A DNA stretch of 64,000 nt from Pecten maximus (lineage: Eukaryota), in assembly GCF_902652985.1 (NCBI RefSeq), contig NC_047026.1, positions 39,370,001 to 39,434,000 on the forward strand, in the 5' to 3' direction. Position numbers and translations under genes: made by a program. Of this stretch, positions 27,846 through 58,509 are shown piece by piece. The notes under the pieces were generated by a model. The model did not search any database, was not told where the DNA came from, and was given only the letters and a program-made list of their open reading frames with translations. Positions within the stretch are counted from its first letter, which is position 1, and every line of letters starts with the position of its first letter.

Positions 27846-28895
27846 ATGGTGGGCTACTTCGGGGATGATCAGGGGCAGTCGGAGGAGGTTTATGATAATG
27901 TGGAATTAAAAGACCTCCCTAAAATGGCCGATTTACGGGAGGAAGTGAATGCGATCGTACAGAAATCGTCTTGGTGGGAACGATATGGTGTTGACTGGGC
28001 GATAATGTTCGCCGTGTTCGGATTGGTATTTGTGGCAGTTTACTTGATGTCCTGTGATAGCATGCTGGCTGTGGGTCTAGGAATAGCATTATACGGCTTC
28101 TGTCACAATTCAATCGCCGTTAAAGGCGCACATGCTGCAGCCCACGGATCCATGTGCACGTCTACTGCATGGAATCGTGTATGGATGGTCCTGTTCTCAG
28201 ATATAGCTGGAACATTTCCATCGGATGCGGCATATAATATCCATATCAAGACTCATCATCCACACACAAATATAATTGGACTCGGGGACTCCAGTACGTG
28301 GAAGATACCGTTTTTACCGGCGTATCTGTACATGTACGTAGCTCCATTACTGGTTCCGGTTATAACAATACCTGTATCTCTGTCAGAACTGCGAGGAAAA
28401 TGGCTCCAAATGGCAAAGTATATAATACTGGCTGGACTAGGACTTTCGATTAACTTTTACCTGTTGATGAACATGTCTGGATTTACATTCACGAAAGCGC
28501 TGTTGGTTTCTTGGGCAGCCCGTGCAATGCTGTCCATTCCGTACATCCACGTTAACATTTTCCAGCACATTGGACTTCCGATGTACTCCCAGAAAAGTCG
28601 TCCAAAGAGGATTTATCAGATGACCACAGGTGTGCTGAACCTGCCCCGGAACCCAATCCTGGACTTTAGTTTCGGACACTCCATCGTTAGCTGTCACGTG
28701 GAACACCATCTGTTCCCGACCCTCTCAGACAACATGTGTCTCAAGATTCAACCGACGGTGTCGAGGTTCATCAGGAAAACCGGGCTACCTTATAACGAGG
28801 ACACTTACCGCAGTAGACTGGACCTCTTCACGAGAAAATATGAGAAACTGATGGTTAACGCCCCGCCAATAACACATTTCGTCGGTATCCAGTGA
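27846..28895 (+). CDS. FADS6: Fatty acid desaturase 6-like membrane desaturase, single coding exon, 349 aa
   Basis: Intact ORF with three His boxes (HAAAH, HIKTHH, HVEHH) and FADS6 signature segments GLGDSSTW, HVNIFQHIGLPM, FGHSIVSCHVEHHLFP, SDNMCLK, APPIT; no cytochrome b5 HPGG motif. Confidence 0.95.
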   Translation: MVGYFGDDQGQSEEVYDNVELKDLPKMADLREEVNAIVQKSSWWERYGVDWAIMFAVFGLVFVAVYLMSCDSMLAVGLGIALYGFCHNSIAVKGAHAAAHGSMCTSTAWNRVWMVLFSDIAGTFPSDAAYNIHIKTHHPHTNIIGLGDSSTWKIPFLPAYLYMYVAPLLVPVITIPVSLSELRGKWLQMAKYIILAGLGLSINFYLLMNMSGFTFTKALLVSWAARAMLSIPYIHVNIFQHIGLPMYSQKSRPKRIYQMTTGVLNLPRNPILDFSFGHSIVSCHVEHHLFPTLSDNMCLKIQPTVSRFIRKTGLPYNEDTYRSRLDLFTRKYEKLMVNAPPITHFVGIQ

Positions 28896-29389
28896 TGGTT
28901 GGATAATATCAACACTTGTGATTATTGTGGCTTCAGCTACTTTTCTGATATAAATTACTGTAACCTCATTGCTTAATGTGCACATATATAACACACTGCA
29001 TGAATCGTCTGTAAAACAATCATTCAGGAAGAGGTAATACCTGGCTGAATTAATACGCGCATGAGGATTTGGACGACGTACTAACTCCAATTTTTATGCC
29101 GCCCAGGCAAACATCATCGACAATGTTTCGTGAGGTTTGGGTGACGTATAATGGAAATTGGTGGATAACCAGGGTTAATAACTCAAAGGGCGGACAATAA
29201 ATAGTTCGTATGGCCAGGGATACAAATGAATCGAAATAGTGTCGGAGAGTGATTCAAATCACTTACATGTCGGGGAGTGATTTAGATCTCGGACTTACAT
29301 GTCGGGGATTGGTATAATTATGTATTTGACTTGTGTTTCTACATGTACATTGTGTAACAATGTAAATATTTAATTAACTGCAGTGTGTC

Positions 29390-30090
29390 AACATTGCATG
29401 ATGTGTAATTATAACAACATAATTAGCTACAAGGTATCTTCATTATGTAACGACATAATTATGTAATTAACTACAATGTTCTACATTGTGTGACGACAGA
29501 TTTATGTAATTAACTACAATGTTCTACATTGTGTGACGACATAATTATGTAATTAACTACAATGTATTTACAATGTATGACGACAGATTTATGTAATTAA
29601 CTACAATGTTCTACATTGTGTGACGACATAATTATGTAATTAACTACAATGTATTTACATTGTGTGACGACATAATTATGTATTTAACTACAATGTTCTA
29701 CATTGTGTGACGACATAATTATGTAATTAACTACAATGTTCTACATTGTGTGACGACATAATTATGTAATTAACTACAATTAATTTACATTGTGTGACGA
29801 CATAATTATGTAATTAACTACAATGTTCTACATTGTGTAACGACAGAATTATGTAATTAACTACAATCTAACTACATTGTGTAACGACAGAATTATGTAA
29901 ATAACTACAATGTAACTAAATTGTGTAACGACAGAATTATGTAATTAACTACAATGTAACTAAATTGTGTAACGACAGAATTATGTAATTAACTACATAT
30001 ATGTACAATGTTCTACATTGTGTAACTCTGATTATGTAATTAACTACAATGCATCTACATTGTTTAACGACATAATTTTCAATTATCTAC
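29390..30090. repeat. 43-bp AT-rich minisatellite with internal palindromes
   Basis: Unit cataattatgtaattaactacaatgttctacattgtgtgacga (period 29461 to 29504). Confidence 0.92.
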
Positions 30091-31299
30091 ATATATATGT
30101 ATGTACGATGGCACAGATATAGAATCGGACCAAAACGAAGTGACCTTAGTATGACAGCGTCTTCAATGAATTAGTTATCAATGCAATTACAGTAGTTATT
30201 TATCCGTTGTAGAAGACAAATTGAGAAGTTGAAAGTGTTGGAGCCCTTTCCATGTTTTCAATCGATGTCAGATTACTAAAGAATTTAACATCGCTTATAA
30301 TTATTTAATACAGTCAATCAAAATAGTAATAGAAAATGAATGATGACAATCTTTGCGACAAATCAGCATTTTTTCCAGCCCACGAATTTCATGTTTTAAA
30401 TTATGCCAAGGACAACAACTTTAATGAATCCAATTATGAAACTGTTGCTCCAGACCACAGGGACTATAATATATGGACCGTGGCTTGGAAATTCGCTCCA
30501 AGTTCCTGTGCTCCAGACTGTGTGACGTCGAACCCGATGATAAAGCTGTATGACACAGGTGTCTGGGATTTGAACTTGCTTACCTCGGTGTTTTGTGAAG
30601 TTAAATGTTTTGATTGTCATGTTTGTTTCACGTGATGTAAAATAAGTAAAAATGTAATTTATATAAGCATTGATTGGGTACACATATATACAGCTAGTTG
30701 GCGATACGAACTTTGGTGACAGCGAAATTTTATTCACCAACATCAGATAACAGGTCAATGCGACTGTATTTTATTTTATTTAATACAATGTTGTTGTTTT
30801 TTTTTTTATTATATTTTGTTATTGATTTGACACATTCAAAATGAAAGTTGATTTTTGTTTGATTATTTGGTCTGGTTTTTTTGTAGCTACATGTTTAATG
30901 GTACACGTTGTAGTACCTTATAATGGATCATAGTCACCAGCATACGAATGTAAAAGTGAATAGACAATAATTCTGTCGGTATTTTGCCAATTAAAATGTG
31001 ATACATCACAGGCGTCTCATAAGGTCTGACTGAAACTTTCCCCGGAACTTGTTCCTAGACCATTTATGAAGTGCGGGTCTCTATATTTTCGAGAGACCAC
31101 AAATGAAATTGGAATGTTTTACAGCCTCGCACTCTGGCCGCCCGCAGTGCGTTTACAGCCACACAACCCCCCTGTCCGCTGCAATTATATATATATAGGA
31201 TGTTTCATACCCTGACTCCCGCCGCCAGCTTTAATTGGGATGTTATTTGCCCCCGACATCCGCTGTCCTGTACCTGTAACTGGGATGTTTCAGCGCCAC

Positions 31300-32452
31300 C
31301 CCCATCCCACTCCCATCGTCCGCTGTATTTGGGATGGTTACAGCCCCACACTCCCGCCGTCCGCTGTATTTGGAATGGTTACAGCCCCACACTCCCGCCG
31401 TCCGCTGTATTTGGGATGGTTACAGCCCCACACTCCGGCCGTCCGCTGTATTTGGGATGGTTACAGCCCCGCACTCCCGCCGTCCGCTGTATTTGGGATG
31501 GTTACAGACCCACACTCCCGCCGTCCGCTGTATTTGGGATTATTACAGCCCCGCACTCCCGTCGTCCGCTGTATTTGGGATGGTTACAGCCCCACACTCC
31601 CGCCGTCCGCTGTATTTGGGATGGTTACAGACCCACACTCCCGCCGTCCGCTGTATTTGGGATTATTACAGCCCCGCACTCCCGTCGTCTGCTGTATTTG
31701 GGATGGTTACAGACCCACACTCCCGCCGTCCGCTGTATTTGGGATGGTTACAGCCCCACACTCCCGCCGTCCGCTGTATTTGGGATGGTTACAGCCCCGC
31801 ACTCCCGTGGTCCGCTGTATTTGGGATGGTTGCAGCCCCACACTCCCGCCGTCCGCTGTATTTGGGATGGTTACAGCCGCACACTCCCGCCGTCCGCTGT
31901 ATTTGGGATGGTTACAGCCCCGCACTCCCGCCGTCCGCTGTATTTGGGATGGTTACAGCCCCATACTCCCGTCGTCCGCTGTATTTGGGATGGTTACAGC
32001 CGCACACTCCCGCCGTCCGCTGTATTTGGGATGGTTACAGCCCCGCACTCCCGCCGTCCGCTGTATTTGGGATGGTTACAGCCCCACACTCCCGCCGTCC
32101 GCTGTATTTGGGATGGTTACAGCCCCGCACTCCCGCCGTCCGCTGTATTTGGGATGGTTACAGCCCCACACTCCCGCCGTCCGCTGTATTTGGGATGGTT
32201 ACAGCTCCACACTCCCGCCGTCTGCTGTATTTGGGATGGTTACAGCTCCACACTCATGCCGTCCGCTGTATTTGGGATGGTTACAGCCCCACACTCCCGC
32301 CGTCCGCTGTATTTGGGATGGTTACAGCTCCACACTCCCGCCGTCCGCTGTATTTGGGATGGTTACAGCTCCACACTCATGCCGTCCGCTGTATTTGGGA
32401 TGGTTACAGCCCCTCACTCCCGTCGTCCGCTGTATTTGGGATGGTTACAGCT
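31300..32452. repeat. 41-bp GC-rich minisatellite (~28 copies)
   Basis: Unit ccgtccgctgtatttgggatggttacagccccacactcccg; degenerate precursors at 31110-31300. Confidence 0.96.
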
Positions 32453-34074
32453 ATTCGGGAGACCATCGTTGAGAACTCATGATCGATTCTCGGTGAACTT
32501 ATTTCAGGTGCTATTAAGGATTACCAGCAAGTAGATTTCGAATCATCGAGAGTTTTGGAACTTAAAATGTGAGAGATAGCTGTAGTGTGAAAATGATTTT
32601 GGCGAACAAACCCCTACACCCTTACCAATCTCCTACACTTGAAGGTCTTTACCATGGCAACGGTCTGGAGAAATTCGTGTCTGGGCGTGGATTTGTTTTT
32701 CCGTTCATATGTATATATATACAGCTGGCGAACCGATTGACTTTCCCCAGAAAAAAAACGAGAAATGTAAGTTTTACCCTGTGACTGAGGTTAGCGACTA
32801 AATGTACCACAATGCGTACTTGTAATGTCGTTACGTTTGACCTCAAACACGAAAATCTCACACTACATATTTGTTGATCTCATTTGTTTCCTATCCGTTC
32901 TGTACAGAAGAGTATGGTTGTCAGGTTAGGGTGTATTGACAGACAAGGCGAGTACCCGGGCTTCTTTCTAATAATGTGGCGCACCATGTCCTGGACCAGA
33001 TGAGCATCGCTTTCCTTTATACTGATCGAACTAAAACGTACACGTTATTGCTATTTCATACGTAAATAACCTGTGTATACTTTAGATAATATTGGAGAGA
33101 GCGCAGACAGACTGTCACTAGTAGGTCAAGGTTAAACAATAACTGATACCCGTGTCCCATACATCATTCAAAATATATATAACATATCGATATCGGTGTG
33201 GGGTGATACGCCGTCCGATATTATCTACGACAGGGACGCTCTTAATACTGGTGGCAAATTAAAAATTAAATCAAAGTTCAAGTTTGAAGTTTTATTCATA
33301 ACTTTAGGCCTTTGGTCCATCTGTGTAACAGAAAAATACAATAGAAATACAATGCAAATAATGTATACAGAACGAATCTCTTATAACATACAATATACAA
33401 TTTTATAAAAACATATTCAAACGGTTCTTATTCGATTCGAAAATACAGTTCGTGATGTTAGTGTAACGTGGTCAATTATTGTAACCCTGGTAAATACATT
33501 AGACTATCTAGATGTAACTTGTTACATTATAAATCAACTCTCTTTATTCTATTGTACTTTACAGTTATCACAAAATAATCAATTTACCTTTATTACAAAT
33601 CATACTTTCACAAGTTACCGTTTCGCACCGTTTTCTGTGTTTGTGTTACAGCTCCTTAACATAAATATATTCAAGTTAAAAGTTAATCCTTAGAGAAATA
33701 TAAGAACATATATTTATAAGAATATATCTTTTTATTGCCCAAAAAATGTGTAAAAATAAATATATATTTTTCGTAAATGAGATGTATATTTTACAATTCC
33801 ATGATATAGGTCGTTAGGGGAATCGATTGTGTAACCAAATCGTCAAATAAAGAGACAAAGGGGATTGGGCACAAGTTATTACAACTGATTAAACGCCCCC
33901 CCCCCCCCCCCCCCCCCCCTCTCTCTCTCTCTCTATTTATATTAAAACAAATAAAACATACAAAACGACCGCTCTCTATATATGTTTTTGCATATTAAAA
34001 CATTAAAACAAATACAATATACAGTGAACCTAAACAGTATCATTGGTTATACACTGTACATATCTAAAGAAATA

Positions 34075-34730
34075 TTTAAATATTTTACTGGACTTGATGT
34101 CTTGATCTTTGTCTGAAAATACTCAAGTTTATATTCTCAGCATAAAGTATAACAACATTTAAATATCAAAAGTGATGACGTAAGATTATTTTATAATCAA
34201 CAGAATTATCACATTCAAAGATGACATGATACACAATCTCACAACGATGTCCACAAATGCAGTTTGGACTGTTGGTAAGATTCGCACGAAGCAAGTTGTA
34301 ATTTAATTGGCTACATCAATGTCTCAACTTGGTATGTAAAATGTGTCTCCAAAATTATTACAATCCGTGTATCTATTCTGAGAAACGCTTGTCATGCTTC
34401 TTTTAAAAATTGCTAGTGAGGATGAACATCTAGTCGGTTCATCCAGGCCATTCTACATTTGTAAAGAGAAAGGTATAAAGGAAGAGCTATATTTAGTAAG
34501 GGAAATTCTATTATGTGGGTTTCTGTAATTGTTGTTTGTTACCAAAGCATAGTTGCTAATCGCCAACATTAGGAGGTGGAAATGAATGGAGTTAATTTGG
34601 TGTTGATTTATTATCCATTTTGTGACTTCTTTTCCTTCAGACAGAAAGTGTCCCTATGTTCGTTTTTTAATATAAATCCGTGACATTTACATCTGATGGT
34701 AAACTTGTGATAATGCGAGCTGCATTGCGG
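34075..34730 (-). mobile_element. Decayed 3' end of a CR1/L2-type LINE ORF2
   Basis: Minus-strand translation across stops and frameshifts gives NAARIITSLP..LY, PPNVG, YSSSFIP, SSSLAIFK and LHTKLRH*CSQLNYNLLRANLTNSPNCICGHRCEIVYHVIFEC, the post-RT C-terminal Cys/His region of these LINEs. Confidence 0.75.
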
Positions 34731-34778
34731 ACCACATCTTTGAGTAAAATATCTTTGTCAGCTATGCACCAGTTGAGG

Positions 34779-34966
34779 CACAGGGGTTCATTGCAAATTA
34801 TTTGATATAGGCTTATGAGATGGGTCGCACATAAAAAGTAGGGATAGATACATGTATCAATACACACGGGGACGCAAGTCCTCCGCCCGCCAAGTCCGTC
34901 AACCTTATCCATTGTGTATTATATGCGACCCATCTCAATGTATATTATTTGTAGCGAACCCCTGTG
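34779..34966. mobile_element. MITE with CACAGGGG termini
   Basis: cacaggggttcattgcaaat..tgagatgggtcgca is inverted to tgcgacccatctca..atttgtagcgaacccctgtg; no clear TSD. Confidence 0.7.
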
Positions 34967-35313
34967 GCTGAAAATGTACGAGTTATCTCCCTGAAAACGT
35001 TTATTCTACTCAGAGACCTCTGTTCTACTGTAGGCCTACATTTAGTTATTTTTTCCTCTGCTAGAAAAAAAATCACAAGATTCCTGTGATTTTGAAGGCG
35101 AAGTAACCATGGTCTATTAAATCATTAAAAGGAAACTATTCAGTGACGTGAGTTTAGAGTTTTTTCATCCGCTACTCCTTTTTCCGTGTTTTAGAACTAC
35201 CCTGATTCTGTAAAATCTTGATCACAGAAACGTTTGAAGTGTTCAGCGTGTTTACAAATTTCAAAAGAAAACGTACTGTCGTCGTAGCTAGTTATGTAGA
35301 CTATTCTGTAGCG

Positions 35314-54517
<19,204 letters not shown>

Positions 54518-54552
54518 AAATCTAATCCTGAAAAACATTGTGATGAATTTTG

Positions 54553-54730
54553 GATATCTTGGTCTGATTTATAAACAACATTGACGACTGGTAGATATCT
54601 GGGTCTGATTTATAAACAACACTGACGACTGGTAGATATCTTGGTCTGATTTATAAACAACACTAACGACTGGTAGATATCTGGGTCTGATTTATAAACA
54701 ACACTGACGACTGGTAAATATTTGGATCTG
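54553..54730 (+). repeat. 41-bp tandem repeat (~4 copies) in the DDX41 3' UTR
   Basis: Unit tgacgactggtagatatcttggtctgatttataaacaacac. Confidence 0.9.
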
Positions 54731-55523
54731 GTTCATTTTAAGCAGTTTGAAGTGGTGATTATAAGACTTGTACATCATTCACAACTATGTTGAATTGCAG
54801 ATATCACACAGAGTTGTGTATATCTCTCTGATATTACATAAAGATTTCCCATGTGCACTTCATCAGTAATGTATGTTATAACATTGTATTTTTGTATTGT
54901 TTGCCACCAAAATCATCTATTTTGAAGTTTAGTAGTATGGTGCAGTACTTGTGTTGAGATGATATTTCTGTGATGTCATACTCTGACATTGGATAGTTTT
55001 GTTATTATAAAGTTAATTGCTTCTGATCAGTAAGAGAATAAATGGATTGCAATTTGTAATGGTATAAATTCAATTTTACTCAAATGTCAGGCTTTATCTT
55101 ACAGAGAACCGACATATTTTTTCGCTGTGTCACGCTGTACATTCTCCTCATGAATATTATCATTTGCATTAAAAAGTGGCTATGAATTTAACACTCCTTA
55201 CTACATTGGAAACAATGTTAAGTCCCCATACGAAGTTTATAAAATAATGGATCCATTGAAGTCGCCTACATTTCAATCATGTATCAGATTATACATTATA
55301 CTGTATTCTGTGATAGTTGTGGAGTATAGGTCTACCCAATCTTCAACAGGAAACTATTGATTTTTCTCTATACATATGTGCACATTTGTATTTGAAAAAC
55401 AAATGATGTCATCATATTAAAGATGTTTATAATGAATATGAAACTGTTCTTTTTTGTCAGGTCCACAATATAGTCTGAATATACCCCCAGATACTTTTAG
55501 TCCCTTACATAACAAATACATTT

Positions 55524-55744
55524 GGCCGCGGTGGCCGAGTGGTTAAGGTGTCCTGACACTTTTCACTAGCCCTCCACCTCTGGGTTGCGAGTTCGAAACC
55601 TACGTGGGGCAGTTGCCAGGTACTGACTGTAGGCCGGTGGTTTTTCTCTAGGTACATGTACTCCGGCTTTCCTCCACCTCCAAAACCTGGCAAGTCATTA
55701 AATGACCCTGGCTGTTAATAGGACGTTAAACAAAAACAAACAAA
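55524..55744 (+). mobile_element. tRNA-derived SINE with V-domain-like core
   Basis: A box gtggccgagtggttaagg, B box gagttcgaaacc, core ggtttttctc..tactccggctttcctccac, tail gctgttaataggacgttaaac followed by (caaa)n. Confidence 0.85.
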
Positions 55745-56807
55745 TTGTAACTCGTTAAAGGACAATATCGACATTTTACTTTAAACTTCTTCCCAATATA
55801 TATGTAGAGAGAGCCTGGGATGACATTGAACCAGTAGCGATATTGAGGTGAAGAACTATCAAGTTTGCTTAAATTAATTAACTTGAACCATATCCAAGGT
55901 CACAGAGATCAATATAACAAAATATCTATAAACGCCTTAAAAACATAACTAACAATCTGGAGAGCATGTATGTTTGATCAAAATTAACCTTGGATGAAAG
56001 GCTATTGAAGTTACATTCTATTGATTATAATTACCTCAAATCATTTTCGATGTTACAGAGATCAAACTATACTATATGTAGTAATTCTTCTATATAAACA
56101 AAATGCTCAGGATTGTAAATTTTGTTCAGTTAGTTGTCGCGAGGCCAACTTTTGTCCATTTGATTAATTCAGGCCTTTTGTGTTGCAGGGGTTTTATTGT
56201 TGTATTTGTCTCCGGTCTGATATAATGACGCGAACCAGCAGGACATCTGAGGTTTGCCCTGTGACATATATACAATGCACACTTGTATAGTGCTGTGATG
56301 AATTTGGGTTATCAAATGTGTTCAAAAGAATGACCTTATCCCAATTTCAGAGGGTTATGAAATTTACTGGTAGTTTTTTTATACTGATATGAAAGACTAT
56401 GAATTTTGTTCTACTAAATAAGATCAAACTGCTTTCATGGGTCAAATACGTTGAAACTATTAAGTTTGTTCAAAAGAAAGAACTTGACCAATTTTCGAGG
56501 TCATGGGCCAATATGCTTAGATGTTTAACTTTTCTTAATAACCAAAATACCCATGGTCATAAAATACAGTTAAAGTATGTGGTTGAGGGATATAGCAAGT
56601 TTCTGGTGTCCCGAGACCCATGTCTATTTCCCGATGCGAACCATAAGCTGTGAAACAAGCTTCCATGTGATAGTTCCAGCCACCATTTTGATACACTGTA
56701 GCAAAGGGGCCAAGTGATAATATGCCTTTTTTCATTCAAAGCAGGGAACATGATTTCAAATATTTCCCATAACAAAACTTAATTTTCATTGAGGTAGCCA
56801 TCAGCTG

Positions 56808-57250
56808 CTACATTGGATATACCACCTGAAATTCAGTGTAAATTTTGCTTAACAGCTGATCGCATTCGGCAGATTGACAACTGTCAATCTCCTCAAGTGT
56901 TTTGTCCCTTGCCTCCAAATAATGTACCAAAACTGCCACAGAAGCCTTCACTGTTTTCCTAGTGCTTTTGGAATCTTTTTCTTCAAGTAGCAACTTCAAA
57001 TCACTTTCATCTAGCTTCGAAAATCTTGACAGCGCCATTTCAGTTGACCAGTCGTCTGCAAGTAGGCAGCAGCAAGTTCCACCCACTTGGCTACGCGAGT
57101 AACTAACGTCATCTTTGGAAACAAGCTCCGCCCACCTCATGTATGATTGGCTTGGCGGAAATACCCGAAGATGCAGGTGTGTGTTAGCTCAGGGGTGCGC
57201 TAGTTCTCAAGACTAACGCACAGGACTAGCGCACAGCAAAGCGAGGTTAA
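56808..57250 (-). mobile_element. Truncated 5' fragment of a Crypton-type (DUF3504 / tyrosine recombinase) transposon
   Basis: ATG at 57038: MALSRFSKLDESDLKLLLEEKDSKSTRKTVKASVAVLVHYL..DQLLSKIYTE resembles the N-terminus of Crypton/ZMYM/QRICH1-type proteins; it ends before any catalytic domain. Upstream hairpin gtgcgctagt..actagcgcac. Confidence 0.55.
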
Positions 57251-57387
57251 ATAAAAGGGAGGGAAGTAGTCTATTTAACCAGTTAACTTTTATATAGAGT
57301 AAATGAAGTACATGTATAGGTATGATAAAATAGATGAGAATCTTTAAGGGTCCATCATATTTGTAATATGAATACATATTTAACAGA

Positions 57388-57695
57388 AGAGGAAAAAATG
57401 CAACAGCATAGCTGACTGGGACTTGAACCGGAGACCTCTGAACTCTTAGGCAGACGCTTTAACCATTTGAGCTACCTGGCCAATGGCCTTGAGCCCAGTC
57501 CAGTTCCGCTACATTCCTCCCTCCTTCAACAAAGTCTTTGACCCTGAAGACAAACAGGAGACCCTACCAACCTCCATTGGTATTTCGTTGGGCGCTAAAT
57601 GTATAATAGGAGAGGAAAAATGCAACGATCAGTCTAGAACCTCTGAACTCTAGACCGACACTCTAACCATTTGATCATGATCAGCTACCTGGCCA
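57388..57695 (-). mobile_element. Two tandem tRNA-derived SINE heads or tRNA pseudogenes (57388-57482 and 57611-57695)
   Basis: Minus strand tggccaggtagctcaaatggttaaagcg..gttcagaggtctccggttcaagtccc..tgcattttttcc; A and B boxes present; same family as 7069-7150. Confidence 0.6.
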
Positions 57696-57892
57696 CTAGC
57701 TGGCACTCAGCCCAGTCATTAGTTTTGCTTCATATATCAGTCCAGTTCCACGTCTACATACATATTAGTCTATACTGTGTTTTAGATATAACTGAAAATG
57801 AAATATCAAAGGTGATGCTAACTATTAATATTGAAAAAAGGAGTGGAAATGATATTCTGCTTGATATGTCACATTCCCATTAGTAATGAACC

Positions 57893-58232
57893 TTTGAGCT
57901 CATATATAGGTATTTGACCTGAAGGGTCAGGATGACCTATATCCATCGCGCTTTGTCACTGTGCACCTTTTGCCATGTGTCGTCCATAAACTTTTCACAT
58001 TTTAATCTTCTTCTCAAATTCCACCCATTAAATTCAGCTCTATTACTTACCTGAAATGATCCAGAGATGGTCCTGACTCTATAAGTGTTTTTATATAATG
58101 TTTTGGGGTTGGTCAGAAATCAAAGATTGCAACGTATCAACAGAACCTATACTTGCTACTGAGAATGTATACTTCAAAGGTACAAGGGCCTTACGAGTCA
58201 GATGACCGTAACCCTAACCCATTGGCCACTTT
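57893..58232 (+). mobile_element. Degenerate HINE/pearl-like non-autonomous element
   Basis: 5' hairpin tgacctgaagggtca, body cgtccataaacttttcacattttaatcttcttctcaa and 3' end cagatgaccg..ccattggccactttt, as recalled for bivalve Helentron-associated elements. Confidence 0.5.
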
Positions 58233-58509
58233 TATTCAAGATTCTGTACTGAAAATAGGGGAGTGGTACCTGAGAAAATGCAGTTATCTCCCATCTCTTT
58301 ACAACATTAATTAATTTCATTATTTGATATTAATTGCTTCCTCGGAATACGTATCTAAAAGTAATGGATATGTATGTATTCTAAAATCGGTATATACTGT
58401 TTTACTATGATAGAAACATTTAGATCTAGTGACGTTCTTTTTAAATGCCTTAAGCGATACAGTTTGTTAAGGATATAAGCGACAGTTTCGTTTTCTAAAC
58501 GAAAACAAA

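Noticed and set aside
31200-32534. Three overlapping 382-444 aa ORFs
   Set aside because: All three plus frames give the same 41-aa cycle, as expected from a 41-bp repeat.
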